From assembly GCA_046090945.1 (NCBI GenBank), contig JBJTAQ010000093.1, positions 1 to 38,492 on the forward strand: a stretch of DNA of 38,492 nucleotides, written 5' to 3'. This stretch comes from Pirellula sp. Lineage in GTDB: Bacteria > Planctomycetota > Planctomycetia > Pirellulales > Pirellulaceae. Position 1 is the first letter of the stretch. The number at the start of each line of letters is the position of its first letter. The notes under the pieces were generated by a model, which saw nothing but the letters and a program-made list of their open reading frames with translations, was not told the origin of the DNA and made no database searches. Below are positions 17,081 through 26,935 of this stretch, in pieces. Made by a program: the position numbers and the translations under genes.

Positions 17081-18928
17081 GTGCTTTCCAAGTCTCCTGG
17101 CTACTTGGCTCTCCTATGCTACTTGATCGCTCTTGCCTGTGGTCCACTCAGTACCTGGACCACGGCAGCAGGCCAAGACGCCGATCCGACCGCTCAAGCT
17201 TGGTTGGCTAAACTTCGCTCGATCGAAACATTCGCTAATTCAAGTTCGCGATCTGGTGGCATAACTCCAGACGCGGATTCTTCGCTAGCCGAACCCCCCT
17301 CACCGCAGCGACTTGCTGAACTCCTCGAGTTGGTCCTGTCTCCAAACCCACCGAGAAATCTACCGGGAAACCTACTGGGCCGCCACCGATTTCTCGTCGT
17401 CGATGAGTCGCCCAGGGGAAAGCTTCGCAGCCAGAAGCTCACCGAAGCGCTCGAGTCCGCAGGACTGTTGGATCAATGGTTATCGATCCTCGATGATCCG
17501 TCCAATGCAGGGGTGAATGCAGAGGCTCTCAAGTCTCTAGTCAATCGCAATCCCGAAGATGTTCGCAGCGCGAAAGCCAATAGCGAAAATTCGATTCAAA
17601 TCAAACGCTCGAGCGCCAATTTTCCACTCCTAGGCTGGGGACCCGGAACTTATCAATCTGCCCGAAGCGAGCATTTCGCAATCGCCTCGCAGGCAGGGGA
17701 TAAACCGACAACCGAAGTCGCGCAGGCCTGCGAGTTGATCTTCAGTATCTGGCAATCCCTCTTCGGCGATCGCTTTGAGTTTCCCAAACAACCGTCTCCA
17801 GCATTCCGAGTCGTCCTGTTTCGGAATCGTGAAGCCTATGTTCGAGCCTTGAAGACCATCGAGCCACGGATCTCGATCTCGACCGGTTACTATAGCTCTG
17901 AACATCGTATCGCTTTCTTCTACTGGGATGGTCCAAAGTCCTTTCCCACCCTCGTGCATGAATTGACCCACCAATTCTTTGATGCCACCTCGAGCGATGA
18001 TTCCCGCTTCGATCCAGACAACGACGCGGGGGCTTGGGCCGTCGAAGCCGCTGCGCTGTACATGGAGTCTTGGTCCGAGGAATATGTCGGTGCGGTGCGA
18101 GTCATCGATATCGGCGGATGGGATGCACCGCGGCTCCAAGCCGGCCGCTTCCGCCGCCTGCGCGACCAGTATTGGATTCCTTGGGAGGAGTTCTCGATGG
18201 CCGATGGCAAACACCTTCGAGCGGACCCCGACGTAGCCGCTTGGTACTCCCAAGCATGTGGACTGGCTCATTATTGGCTCGATGCAGATCCAGCGACTCG
18301 GGAAACATTTTTGAACTACTTGCAAGAAGTCTACAAAGGCAACGGCGTCCAAGCTGCGAAAGGACTAATCGATGACGAGACCCTTCGGACTTCCTACGAT
18401 CAATACCTCCTGACCGGTTCGAACCCGGCTGGAGATCCGGCGACGAATTACGCTCGGCGACCTGGTCTACTTCGCCGCAATGAGTTGGTTCTGACGCGAT
18501 GTCCGATCGAAAACCAAACGCTCCTAAGCTGGCCGCTAGGCCTGAGGAAACTCGCATGGCTGGACGTCGGCTTTACGAAGGTGGATGACGAGCTATTCTC
18601 TCAAACGACTCCATATCCATGGGACATTGCAAAACTGAGCTTGGAATCCACTGCGATCACCGACGCATCGATCAAGAGTATCGCCCAGATGCGAAACCTC
18701 ACCGAATTGGACCTGAGCGGTTGCAAAGTCACCGACGCGGGACTTGAACTGCTGGCCAAACATCCGACCCTCAAGCAGTTATGGCTGACCAATACCCAGG
18801 TGACAGATCGCTCGATTGATGTTCTCGCGTCGATCCCAAAACTCGAACGTCTCGAAGCCAGCGGATCGCTCTCGGTCGAGGGATACCAAGAGCTGCTAAA
18901 AAAGAAACCGAGACTCAAGAAACCTTAG
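17081..18928 (+). CDS. Secreted DUF1570-like zincin metallopeptidase with C-terminal leucine-rich repeats
   Basis: TLVHELTHQ (HExxH), WAVEAAALYME, WYSQA; LRRs NLTELDLSGCKVTDAGL and TLKQLWLTNTQVTD. Start placed at GTG 17081, before the signal peptide. Confidence 0.8.
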   Translation: MLSKSPGYLALLCYLIALACGPLSTWTTAAGQDADPTAQAWLAKLRSIETFANSSSRSGGITPDADSSLAEPPSPQRLAELLELVLSPNPPRNLPGNLLGRHRFLVVDESPRGKLRSQKLTEALESAGLLDQWLSILDDPSNAGVNAEALKSLVNRNPEDVRSAKANSENSIQIKRSSANFPLLGWGPGTYQSARSEHFAIASQAGDKPTTEVAQACELIFSIWQSLFGDRFEFPKQPSPAFRVVLFRNREAYVRALKTIEPRISISTGYYSSEHRIAFFYWDGPKSFPTLVHELTHQFFDATSSDDSRFDPDNDAGAWAVEAAALYMESWSEEYVGAVRVIDIGGWDAPRLQAGRFRRLRDQYWIPWEEFSMADGKHLRADPDVAAWYSQACGLAHYWLDADPATRETFLNYLQEVYKGNGVQAAKGLIDDETLRTSYDQYLLTGSNPAGDPATNYARRPGLLRRNELVLTRCPIENQTLLSWPLGLRKLAWLDVGFTKVDDELFSQTTPYPWDIAKLSLESTAITDASIKSIAQMRNLTELDLSGCKVTDAGLELLAKHPTLKQLWLTNTQVTDRSIDVLASIPKLERLEASGSLSVEGYQELLKKKPRLKKP

Positions 18929-18971
18929 GCACCCCGATAGCTCCTGATGACTGCGGGCTTCTGAGAACTGC

Positions 18972-19583
18972 TTATTGCTCTGCGTACTCAGGATCTGGCT
19001 CCTGAACGCAGTTGTCCGTGAACTCTACCCCTTGGTAAATATCACGCATAGCAAGCGAACAGCCAATAAATGGCAGATCGATGCTGCGCTCGATGCCTTG
19101 AACCCATTCGCGGATAAATCCCCCCTGAGATCGCCTCATAACAATCGCGATGGGCTGGTGTTGTTCAAGAATCAGATAGCACTCTAGCGATGGGATCGAT
19201 AGGTATGCATCCATTTTTTCGTCCAAATCGCAGCGACGAGTCGACGGCGAAAGGACTTCGATCAGCAACACAGGATTTTCTTGATAAACCGAGAGTAAGT
19301 TCGTCGACTCGCAAACAACTTGAGCGTCAGAATAGTAGTATCGCTTTCGTTGAGCTTGATCGATTCTCAGTTTGTTATCCGAGTTGTACGGCTGGCAAGC
19401 GCGACCTTCGAGCCTATTGAATAGCCTTACGATGCAGTTCAATACGACTCGATTGTGACGGTTCGTTGATCCAGTCATCGCGCGAACCCAACCATCGATG
19501 TACTCGCTTTTGGTGGGTGCTAACTCCTCACTAGCCAAGTAATCTTCGACCGTAACAAGGCTGGGCTCTTCGGCACTGCTCAT
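18972..19583 (-). CDS. Uma2-family PD-(D/E)xK endonuclease-like protein
   Basis: TVEDYL, KSEYIDG, AMTG...H, YYSD, LIEVLSPST, EKMDAY, IPSL. Confidence 0.9.
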   Translation of the reverse strand: MSSAEEPSLVTVEDYLASEELAPTKSEYIDGWVRAMTGSTNRHNRVVLNCIVRLFNRLEGRACQPYNSDNKLRIDQAQRKRYYYSDAQVVCESTNLLSVYQENPVLLIEVLSPSTRRCDLDEKMDAYLSIPSLECYLILEQHQPIAIVMRRSQGGFIREWVQGIERSIDLPFIGCSLAMRDIYQGVEFTDNCVQEPDPEYAEQ

Positions 19584-19679
19584 GGCTTACCTCTCAAGAA
19601 TCATTAAGGAGATTGGCCGTTGATTGTATTTTAACAAATCATGAGTTGAATGCACGTAAATGGCTGAAGGTTTTGACTT

Positions 19680-20546
19680 CTATGCCGAGTTTTTTGACTT
19701 GCTAGTGTTGATCCAAGCCGTTGCGCTAAAGATGGCAAGAGCGATCCAGACGCATTGAAAACCGATCAGTCGCCATTGCTCGACGGGCTCGCGATCAAGA
19801 AACGCGCCGATCCCAAACTGGATCGTCGGACCGATGTACTGCAGCATACCCATAGCCACCAAAGGGACTCGCTTGGACGCCGAAGCAAACAGCAATAGCG
19901 GGACGGTCGTGATCGGTCCACCCAACGCCAACAATCCTAATGTCCCGAACGAATAACCTTGGGACTCCTCTGCCCATGCCTTGGCCAGATACACCAAGGC
20001 TACCGGCGCGAGGATGGCTGTTTCTAAACCTAGTCCAGCAACCGCCGATAGCTTGGTCTGTTTCTTGACCACTCCGTACAAGGCGAAGGAGGATGCCAAG
20101 GCGATCGAGACCCAGATCCGCTGACTGTCGAGCGAACTGAAGACCAGTCCGATCGCCGCGATGCCAACTGCCATCCACTGAGGCAAATTCAGTTTCTCGC
20201 GAAAGATCAAAACGCCCAGTACGACGCTGAATAGCGGGTTCATGAAGTACCCCAAACTCGCGTCGACCACCGATTGATTGAGAACGGCCCAAATAAATAC
20301 GAGCCAATTGATACTGATCAAAACAGCAGCCAGAGCAGCCAACGCCAGACGCTTTCGATCGGCAAGCGTCTGGCGAATCTCTTTCCATTGAGCAAGCAGG
20401 CTAATGCACAGCGTTAAGGTCAGCAACGACCAAACGATCCGATGGCCAATGATCTCCACCGGATCCTTTACATGCTTGAGCAACCTCCAGTACAGAGGGA
20501 AAATGCCCCAGAGAACGAACGCCGCTAGGGCTTGCAAATAGTACAA
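19680..20546 (-). CDS. rarD: EamA-family transporter RarD
   Basis: LWGIFPLYW, HRIVWS, INWLVFIWAV, ASLGYFMNPL, GMLQYIGPT. Confidence 0.92.
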   Translation of the reverse strand: MYYLQALAAFVLWGIFPLYWRLLKHVKDPVEIIGHRIVWSLLTLTLCISLLAQWKEIRQTLADRKRLALAALAAVLISINWLVFIWAVLNQSVVDASLGYFMNPLFSVVLGVLIFREKLNLPQWMAVGIAAIGLVFSSLDSQRIWVSIALASSFALYGVVKKQTKLSAVAGLGLETAILAPVALVYLAKAWAEESQGYSFGTLGLLALGGPITTVPLLLFASASKRVPLVAMGMLQYIGPTIQFGIGAFLDREPVEQWRLIGFQCVWIALAIFSATAWINTSKSKNSA

Positions 20547-20547
20547 A

Positions 20548-22620
20548 CTATTTCCCCATTTGGTCTGCGAGGTGGCCCGCGTTGTAGATCTTTCGCATGG
20601 CCTCTAAAACGCCCGCGATGTGGACCGATACCGAACGAGCTTGTTTGTCCGAATAGTAGAAGTCTCCGGGCAAGCTTTCGATATTGCCATCAAAGATAAT
20701 TCCCACCATGGCACCATCGCGGGAAACAACCGGAGAACCCGAGTTTCCACCGATGATGTCGCAGGTCGAAACGAAATTGAAGGGTGTGTCCGGATTGATT
20801 TTGTCTTTAGCCGCATGCCAACTCTTGGGAAGCACCCAGGGGTCCTTTTGCAGGTGGACTTTTTCGTGTTCGAACGCCCCACCGAGTTTCGTGTGGGCGG
20901 GTATCTGCTTACCCTTGCTCTCGTAACCCGAAACGGCACCGTAGGAGAGACGAAGCGTGAAGGTTGCATCGGGATACACCGAATCACCACCAACAGCAAA
21001 CTTGGCCTCGGTCACCTTCGCATACGCTTGACGTTCTTGTTCGTCGATCGCCTCGGTCGCTTCTCGCACCTTGCGATACTCAGGTTCCATGTCGCGGATC
21101 AAGGCGACTAGCGGGTCGGTTGAATTCTTGATTCCATCGAGCCCTTGCTTGGCAAGCGCCTTGCGAGCCTCAGCGCTGGAAAGTTTGGTTCCTGCGATGA
21201 TTTCGGCCGCTCGATTGCGAGGGCTCTTGCCGGCTAGTACGGTTTTAACCAGCGGGTCGTTGCCCCCGCGATCTTCTGCCAAACGCGAGAGTTCGTCGGC
21301 AAGTAGCGTTCGCTCGAGATCTTCGTAGACGGGAACTTCTGAGAACAATTCCTGTTCGAGCGATTGCCGTGCACTATCCCGAAACTCGCGCAGTCGCTGT
21401 GCACTAGGCTTGGTGTCTTCGGTTGCCATCAGAACTATCTTCTCGGCGAAACCCACGAGTTGCGTGCGAAGCGAAGCGGACTTGAGAACCATTTCGCGAC
21501 GCTTGCTTTGCAACTCGCGGATGGTGTCCCAGGCCCCGGTCAAGCTGGCAAGTTTTGGGTCAGCCTTGAGCGTATTGAATATCTCTTGTTCGTTTTTGCG
21601 TTTCGACTCCACAAACGATGGGTCTTGGATACCGGCAAGCATGCCGGTGTAAGCTTTCCGCGAGTTTTGAACTCCGAACAGATCATCGCGACCCCGTCGA
21701 GTCTGCTCAGGACCTTCTAAACCGTATTGCTGCAAGGCGATCTCTCGACGTCGGAGCATATTCAACGTGCGAGGCAGTGCGGTATCTCGCTGGTACTCGA
21801 CGGCATCGGAGGTCAGAATCCGCCGGGTGCGTCCGGGGTTTCCTGAGACGAAGACCAAGTCGCCGTCTTTGGCTCCGTTGGGATCCATTTTGAGGAAGTG
21901 ATCGATCTTGGCAGGCTTGCCATCCTCATAGACTCGGAAGAGCGTCACATCGAGGCAGTAGCGGGGATACTCAAAGTTGTCTGCGTCACCGCCAAAGAAT
22001 GCCGAACCGGCTTCGGGCGCCCACACGAGCCTCACATCGGTGTACTTCTTGTAGCGATACAGATGGTATCGCCCACCACCGTAAAGGGTCACGACATCGC
22101 TTCGTAGACCGGTCTTGTCCAGGGACTCTTTTTCGATTTGAGCCATCGCGGCTTGTCTTGCCTTGAAAGCATCGGCCGGGGCCATATCTGGCTTGACCGC
22201 TTCGTTGACCTTAGCAGTCACATCCTCGATGCTGATGAGTTGGTTGAGTTCAAGGTCGGTTGCAGGGATTTCTTCTTCAAAGGTTTTTGCGAGAAACCCA
22301 TCTTCGTTGTAGTTGTGCTCAGCGGTCGAAAGTTTGAACAACGTATCCGCAGCGACGTGATGGTTGGTTAGCACCAGTCCGTTCGAGGAGACGAACGATG
22401 CAGAACCACCCGAATTGAATCGGACGCTCGAGAGCATCACATGATCGACCCAAGCTTGAGAAGGTTCGAATTGATATTTAGAAGCGAGTTGCTTTTTAGG
22501 CAAGGCGTTGAAAAGCCACATGCCTTCGTCGGCATGAGTCACACTCAGAGTGACGGCTGGAACAAGACTCGATGAGATAGCGATTGCAAGCCACAGGCGC
22601 TTGATTTTGGAAAGGGACAT
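20548..22620 (-). CDS. S46-family dipeptidyl peptidase (DPP7/DAP BII-like)
   Basis: Signal peptide then ADEGMW; TNHH, DVTLFRVY, DIIGGNSGSPV, FDGN. Confidence 0.95.
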   Translation of the reverse strand: MSLSKIKRLWLAIAISSSLVPAVTLSVTHADEGMWLFNALPKKQLASKYQFEPSQAWVDHVMLSSVRFNSGGSASFVSSNGLVLTNHHVAADTLFKLSTAEHNYNEDGFLAKTFEEEIPATDLELNQLISIEDVTAKVNEAVKPDMAPADAFKARQAAMAQIEKESLDKTGLRSDVVTLYGGGRYHLYRYKKYTDVRLVWAPEAGSAFFGGDADNFEYPRYCLDVTLFRVYEDGKPAKIDHFLKMDPNGAKDGDLVFVSGNPGRTRRILTSDAVEYQRDTALPRTLNMLRRREIALQQYGLEGPEQTRRGRDDLFGVQNSRKAYTGMLAGIQDPSFVESKRKNEQEIFNTLKADPKLASLTGAWDTIRELQSKRREMVLKSASLRTQLVGFAEKIVLMATEDTKPSAQRLREFRDSARQSLEQELFSEVPVYEDLERTLLADELSRLAEDRGGNDPLVKTVLAGKSPRNRAAEIIAGTKLSSAEARKALAKQGLDGIKNSTDPLVALIRDMEPEYRKVREATEAIDEQERQAYAKVTEAKFAVGGDSVYPDATFTLRLSYGAVSGYESKGKQIPAHTKLGGAFEHEKVHLQKDPWVLPKSWHAAKDKINPDTPFNFVSTCDIIGGNSGSPVVSRDGAMVGIIFDGNIESLPGDFYYSDKQARSVSVHIAGVLEAMRKIYNAGHLADQMGK

Positions 22621-22832
22621 AACGGGACTCCCGAATGATTTGGTTAAACGGAACGAATGACGTTACTTTAACCAAGAAATCCGGTTTGGTCATGAGCTAT
22701 CAAGCCCCCTGCAAGCCGGAAAAATACGGCTCCATCGTTCGGTTGTCTGGTCGGATTCCTAGGAATCGCCGATTATCTCAGACTTGCTAGGGGATCTACC
22801 TTGCCAGGAGATCTGTAGCCCGATTCACGCGG

Positions 22833-25800
22833 TCAGGGGGCGGGACTCGCCGGTGGCGGCGGCGTAGTCGCCGGCGGATTGCTTCCAAAGCCCGGGATCT
22901 GCAGTCCTGGGATGCCTGGCAGATTCGGCAATGGGAGCTGAGTCCCACCCGTTTGCAAAGGACCCAAGGAGTTCGATAACGGCCCTAAGAGTTTGTTCAG
23001 CCCCTTGTCGATCTGCTTTTGAGCAGCTCCAGTCAGAGCGCTCGTTGCCAGTTGCTGGCCAAGCTGAATCATACCACTGCTATCGAGCTGGGGTCTTGAG
23101 ACCGTGCCTCGGATCGGTATCTGAATCATCTGACCGGCCAACGATTGCAAGGCAGGAGTTCGATCTACCCATTCCTTGAGTATCGGCACTCCAGCTACGA
23201 GCTCTAAACTACCATCGAGCCCCACAGATCCTGAGGTCGTCAAAAGCACATCCCCGGCTTGGATCTTCATATCTCGGTGCATCACTCGTCCGCGATCCAC
23301 CGCAAAGGCTATATTCTGCTCGGGCAGTTGCAACCAGCTTGTGGGCTGCCCACCTCCATCGGTCGCTCCTGCGCCCCGACGCAGATTGCGGACTTGGGTC
23401 ACCAGCGCCAGGATTTGATCCGCAAGCGGACCTGGGCCGACGTTGGCCCCGTGGACATACAATCGGCCTTCGATCGTCTGACGGAACGACTCGGTAGGAT
23501 AGATCTCGGCCCGATCGATATCCAAGGTGAGGTTGCCTTGCACACTCGTCACATCGGCCAGTAGCGGCGTGACATACTTCAGCCACCCTTGGCACATCTG
23601 CCGAGTGATCGCAACATTCTCAATGATCCTTTGCTGAGTTTGTCGTATGACCATCGGCTCGGCAACTAGTTCGCCATCGAGATTCCATCGCAGAACACCT
23701 TGCGAAACAGGAAACTCTGCTTTGGACACAAATCGACCGTTATCAATCACCAGCGGAATATCGGCTCCACCGATATCGATACCTACGACATTGGCACTAT
23801 CCCAACCGATACTCGACTTGGCCGTAAGAGCTTCGGTCCATTTATGGTTCGGTGCGTTGACCCAAGTGACCTCGAGGGGCTGTGTTTTTTGGCCAGTCGC
23901 GGCAAGCATGCCTCCGGTGTAGGGTCTGAGCTTCTCGGCAGCCCTAGCCGCATCGTAAGTAATACTTCCCTGCGTTTGCACAATCGTCACCTCCCCTTGC
24001 TGAGTCACTTGGGTGGCACCCCCGTAAGCTAGCCACTCGGTCTGGAGGAGCACCTGAGGTAGCTGCAACTGCCCATCGGCAAACTTGTACGATCCGTCCA
24101 AGGTGACGATTGCTTGGGGCTCCTCCCACAAGATACTCTCGTTAGGAGCAAGCGCTCCGGTACTGACAAGCTGATTCGGATTGCGAGGCTGAAGCGATGG
24201 CTGGACGGCTTTCAATTCCCGAGCTTGGGTCACTAAATGCCACTGGATGTTCGACGTGTCGAGCGTCCAATCCATCTGGCCTGTGACATCTCCGGTAAGT
24301 CTCATCGGTAAACTGTTGCCGGCAGCCGAGCCCGCGCTGGGAACCGGCCCCGTCTGCATCGAAGCGATCAAGCGGCTTGGATCGACGCGAAACGCAGCCT
24401 GCCCCTTGCGACTTCCCGAACCCCCAACGGCTTGATCTTGAGCCTGGATTGCAAACGAGTCGGCTCGCACCAGCAAGTTATCGACCTGCAAATTAGCCAA
24501 GTTGCTGCTGTCGAATTTGCCTTGAAATTTCCCGACCATGCGGGATTCCTGCAAGGCAGTCGTGCCGCTGGTGACCTGAAATGGTTCGGCAGTCCAGTCG
24601 ACCATCGATACCTCGAGGTGTCGATGGTCGATGGCCCCTTGGACATCCAATGAGATTTTACCAGCGACCAGAACCCCAGGATCTATTCCAGCGAACAATT
24701 GGCCTCTTCGTTGCCATCTCTCCATATCGCCACTGAGCTTCAAGAGCATCGGCGCGGGACCTTGGCTCAATCCCGAAGGCGTCGCTGAAATCGCCATAGG
24801 TTCCAAGACCTGGAACTGCAAAGACTCCTGTTCGGATCGCAAAATCGCCTGGATTCGATCCAGTTGAAGAATCGTCATGCCATCGAGTTGCGCAACGGTG
24901 CTGAACTCGCCATCCCAAGCTGGCTCTTCGAGTCTACCGTTCGGATGAACGATGCGCAGAGGCGTCGTCCTGAGCGATCCGCTGGCCGCGAGCCGATTCC
25001 CCTCGTTTAGCTTCCAGGCTACGGCAGCTTGAGCCGATCCGGTCAAGCTCTCAAGCGGCAAAACAAACCACTCGGATAACCTCTGCTCCATTTTGTCCAG
25101 ATCAACCTGAGCCGTCAGGCGTCCATCGAGCAGATCGCCGGCTCCCTCGACGTGGCAGAATTCGGAGTTGCAGAACAGTTTCAAACTCGGAATCCCTTGC
25201 GCATTGCCTGAAACGTCCAACCCTGCCGACAAGGCTTCTTGCCATGCGATGCGTTTGCCCTGCATGTTGGCTTCGAGATTCCCAAGCTTGATCTGATAGC
25301 TGCTCGAGGGAATCGCATCGGTTGAACTTGTTGGGCTTACTGGACTGGCAAGAGTCGCAGTTCGATTTTGAGATAAGCTTTGCGATAGACTCAGGGTTGC
25401 ATTGCCTTGTAGCAAAGTCACGTCATCCTGGGTTTTCACCAGATCCGGCGCGACGGCCGCGAGCCTCGGTAGATCCACAATACCTTGAATCTCGAATTCG
25501 GAGTCATCGAGCCAAGGGCGATTCCACGCAGGCAACTTCGACGGGATCGCGATGTTGGCCTTCGATACGACCGTTCCGAAATCGCATTCAAGCTTGGAAC
25601 TGTTCGTGCTGATGCGATTTTGGAAAAGACTTACATCCCCCGTCAGACGGATTTGCTGGATTCCTGCACCCCGTTGTCCGATCAAACTCGGCGCTGAAAT
25701 CTTGAGCCGATCGAGTTGGGCGGTTTTGACAAACGCCGTCAGAGCCTGAGGGCCGGTGTACTCGACGTCTGCCAGCACCGTCGCTTCGCCATCAAGCTGA

Positions 25801-26666
25801 TCGATCGGTAGATCAGGCATCCGACGCTTGACCAAACTCATCCACTGCAACGGCAACCCTTTGGTCGAAACTGTCATTCGCAACGACGGCAAATTCGCGT
25901 TGGCTAACGCAGCCATGCCAGGCGCGATCGGCTCGGTTCGCAAAGTGAATTGACCCGTGGCACCGGGTTGACCCGCTATGGCAGAGTTTTGTGTCAAATC
26001 GCCGACGAGCGTCATCGGAGGGATCGGTTGCTCGGCCGTTGGGATCGGGACATCCGCTTCGCTTACCCGTAGAGCCCAAGCGGTTTGATCGACCGTATCG
26101 CGAGCTTGCACAACCGCTTCGGCAATGCGGATCCTCCCTGAAAAACCCGATGCAGTCGAGGAGTCCGAGGGTGCACTCGACGATGTGCCCGAGTTCAACA
26201 GGGGCTTGATCGCCTCCTCTAAGCTCGTTGTGCCCGGATGCACATCGACCACCACCGCTACATCGCTCAACGTGATCGTCCTGAGATTTCGATAGTTGGC
26301 AATCAGGGAAAGCAACGTCAGTTCCGTATCCACCGAACCGATCTTGACGAGCTCTGTCCCACGATCATCGACCAGCCGAATCCCCTGCGCTTTCAAAGGT
26401 TGAATCCACCCCCCGCTCAGCGGTCCAAAATCGATCTGAATCGGCGCTAAGCCCGAGCGCTTGTTGATCTGTCCGACCAACCAAGATCGCTGCTGCAAAA
26501 GAATCGATGGGGCAGCGGCCAAGACCCCAACGGTCACCAAACCGCCAATCGCGAACCAACGCTTCCATCGTCCGCGTTTTCTTGTAGGGCGATCTTTCGC
26601 TAAACCATTAGTCGGTCTTTGGGCCGATTCCTGATTTCCAGTTCCAACCGGTCGAAGTCTTCGCAT
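22833..26666 (-). CDS. AsmA-like membrane-anchored beta-rich periplasmic protein
   Basis: Basic N-terminus plus one TM; long beta-strand-patterned body; C-terminal TTSGSVGLDGSLEL...IPIRGTVSRPQLD followed by amphipathic helices. Confidence 0.65.
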   Translation of the reverse strand: MRRLRPVGTGNQESAQRPTNGLAKDRPTRKRGRWKRWFAIGGLVTVGVLAAAPSILLQQRSWLVGQINKRSGLAPIQIDFGPLSGGWIQPLKAQGIRLVDDRGTELVKIGSVDTELTLLSLIANYRNLRTITLSDVAVVVDVHPGTTSLEEAIKPLLNSGTSSSAPSDSSTASGFSGRIRIAEAVVQARDTVDQTAWALRVSEADVPIPTAEQPIPPMTLVGDLTQNSAIAGQPGATGQFTLRTEPIAPGMAALANANLPSLRMTVSTKGLPLQWMSLVKRRMPDLPIDQLDGEATVLADVEYTGPQALTAFVKTAQLDRLKISAPSLIGQRGAGIQQIRLTGDVSLFQNRISTNSSKLECDFGTVVSKANIAIPSKLPAWNRPWLDDSEFEIQGIVDLPRLAAVAPDLVKTQDDVTLLQGNATLSLSQSLSQNRTATLASPVSPTSSTDAIPSSSYQIKLGNLEANMQGKRIAWQEALSAGLDVSGNAQGIPSLKLFCNSEFCHVEGAGDLLDGRLTAQVDLDKMEQRLSEWFVLPLESLTGSAQAAVAWKLNEGNRLAASGSLRTTPLRIVHPNGRLEEPAWDGEFSTVAQLDGMTILQLDRIQAILRSEQESLQFQVLEPMAISATPSGLSQGPAPMLLKLSGDMERWQRRGQLFAGIDPGVLVAGKISLDVQGAIDHRHLEVSMVDWTAEPFQVTSGTTALQESRMVGKFQGKFDSSNLANLQVDNLLVRADSFAIQAQDQAVGGSGSRKGQAAFRVDPSRLIASMQTGPVPSAGSAAGNSLPMRLTGDVTGQMDWTLDTSNIQWHLVTQARELKAVQPSLQPRNPNQLVSTGALAPNESILWEEPQAIVTLDGSYKFADGQLQLPQVLLQTEWLAYGGATQVTQQGEVTIVQTQGSITYDAARAAEKLRPYTGGMLAATGQKTQPLEVTWVNAPNHKWTEALTAKSSIGWDSANVVGIDIGGADIPLVIDNGRFVSKAEFPVSQGVLRWNLDGELVAEPMVIRQTQQRIIENVAITRQMCQGWLKYVTPLLADVTSVQGNLTLDIDRAEIYPTESFRQTIEGRLYVHGANVGPGPLADQILALVTQVRNLRRGAGATDGGGQPTSWLQLPEQNIAFAVDRGRVMHRDMKIQAGDVLLTTSGSVGLDGSLELVAGVPILKEWVDRTPALQSLAGQMIQIPIRGTVSRPQLDSSGMIQLGQQLATSALTGAAQKQIDKGLNKLLGPLSNSLGPLQTGGTQLPLPNLPGIPGLQIPGFGSNPPATTPPPPASPAP

Positions 26667-26935
26667 CGCTTTGCTTATCCTTTAGTAATGAGCAATTGCT
26701 AGCATTTTTACCTGCAATGGGAGATGTCCCCCAAGCAGGGGTGGGCCATCGGTTGGAAGAATACTCGTTTTGCATCTTAAAGAACCAGATCGATCTTTGA
26801 TTGACGGGGCAAGTTTTGCTACAAGCTTCTCGGTAGGAACGTTCCCCAACGGACTGAAGTGTTCATTGAATCAAGTTGGAAAGATTGTTCTGGAACGATT
26901 GTTTATGGGTCACCGTTAGGATGGGAGTCTCTTGC

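Noticed and set aside
18972-19583. Uma2 gene as part of a defence island
   Set aside because: Solitary, with no methylase or other defence genes; this family is commonly scattered as paralogs.
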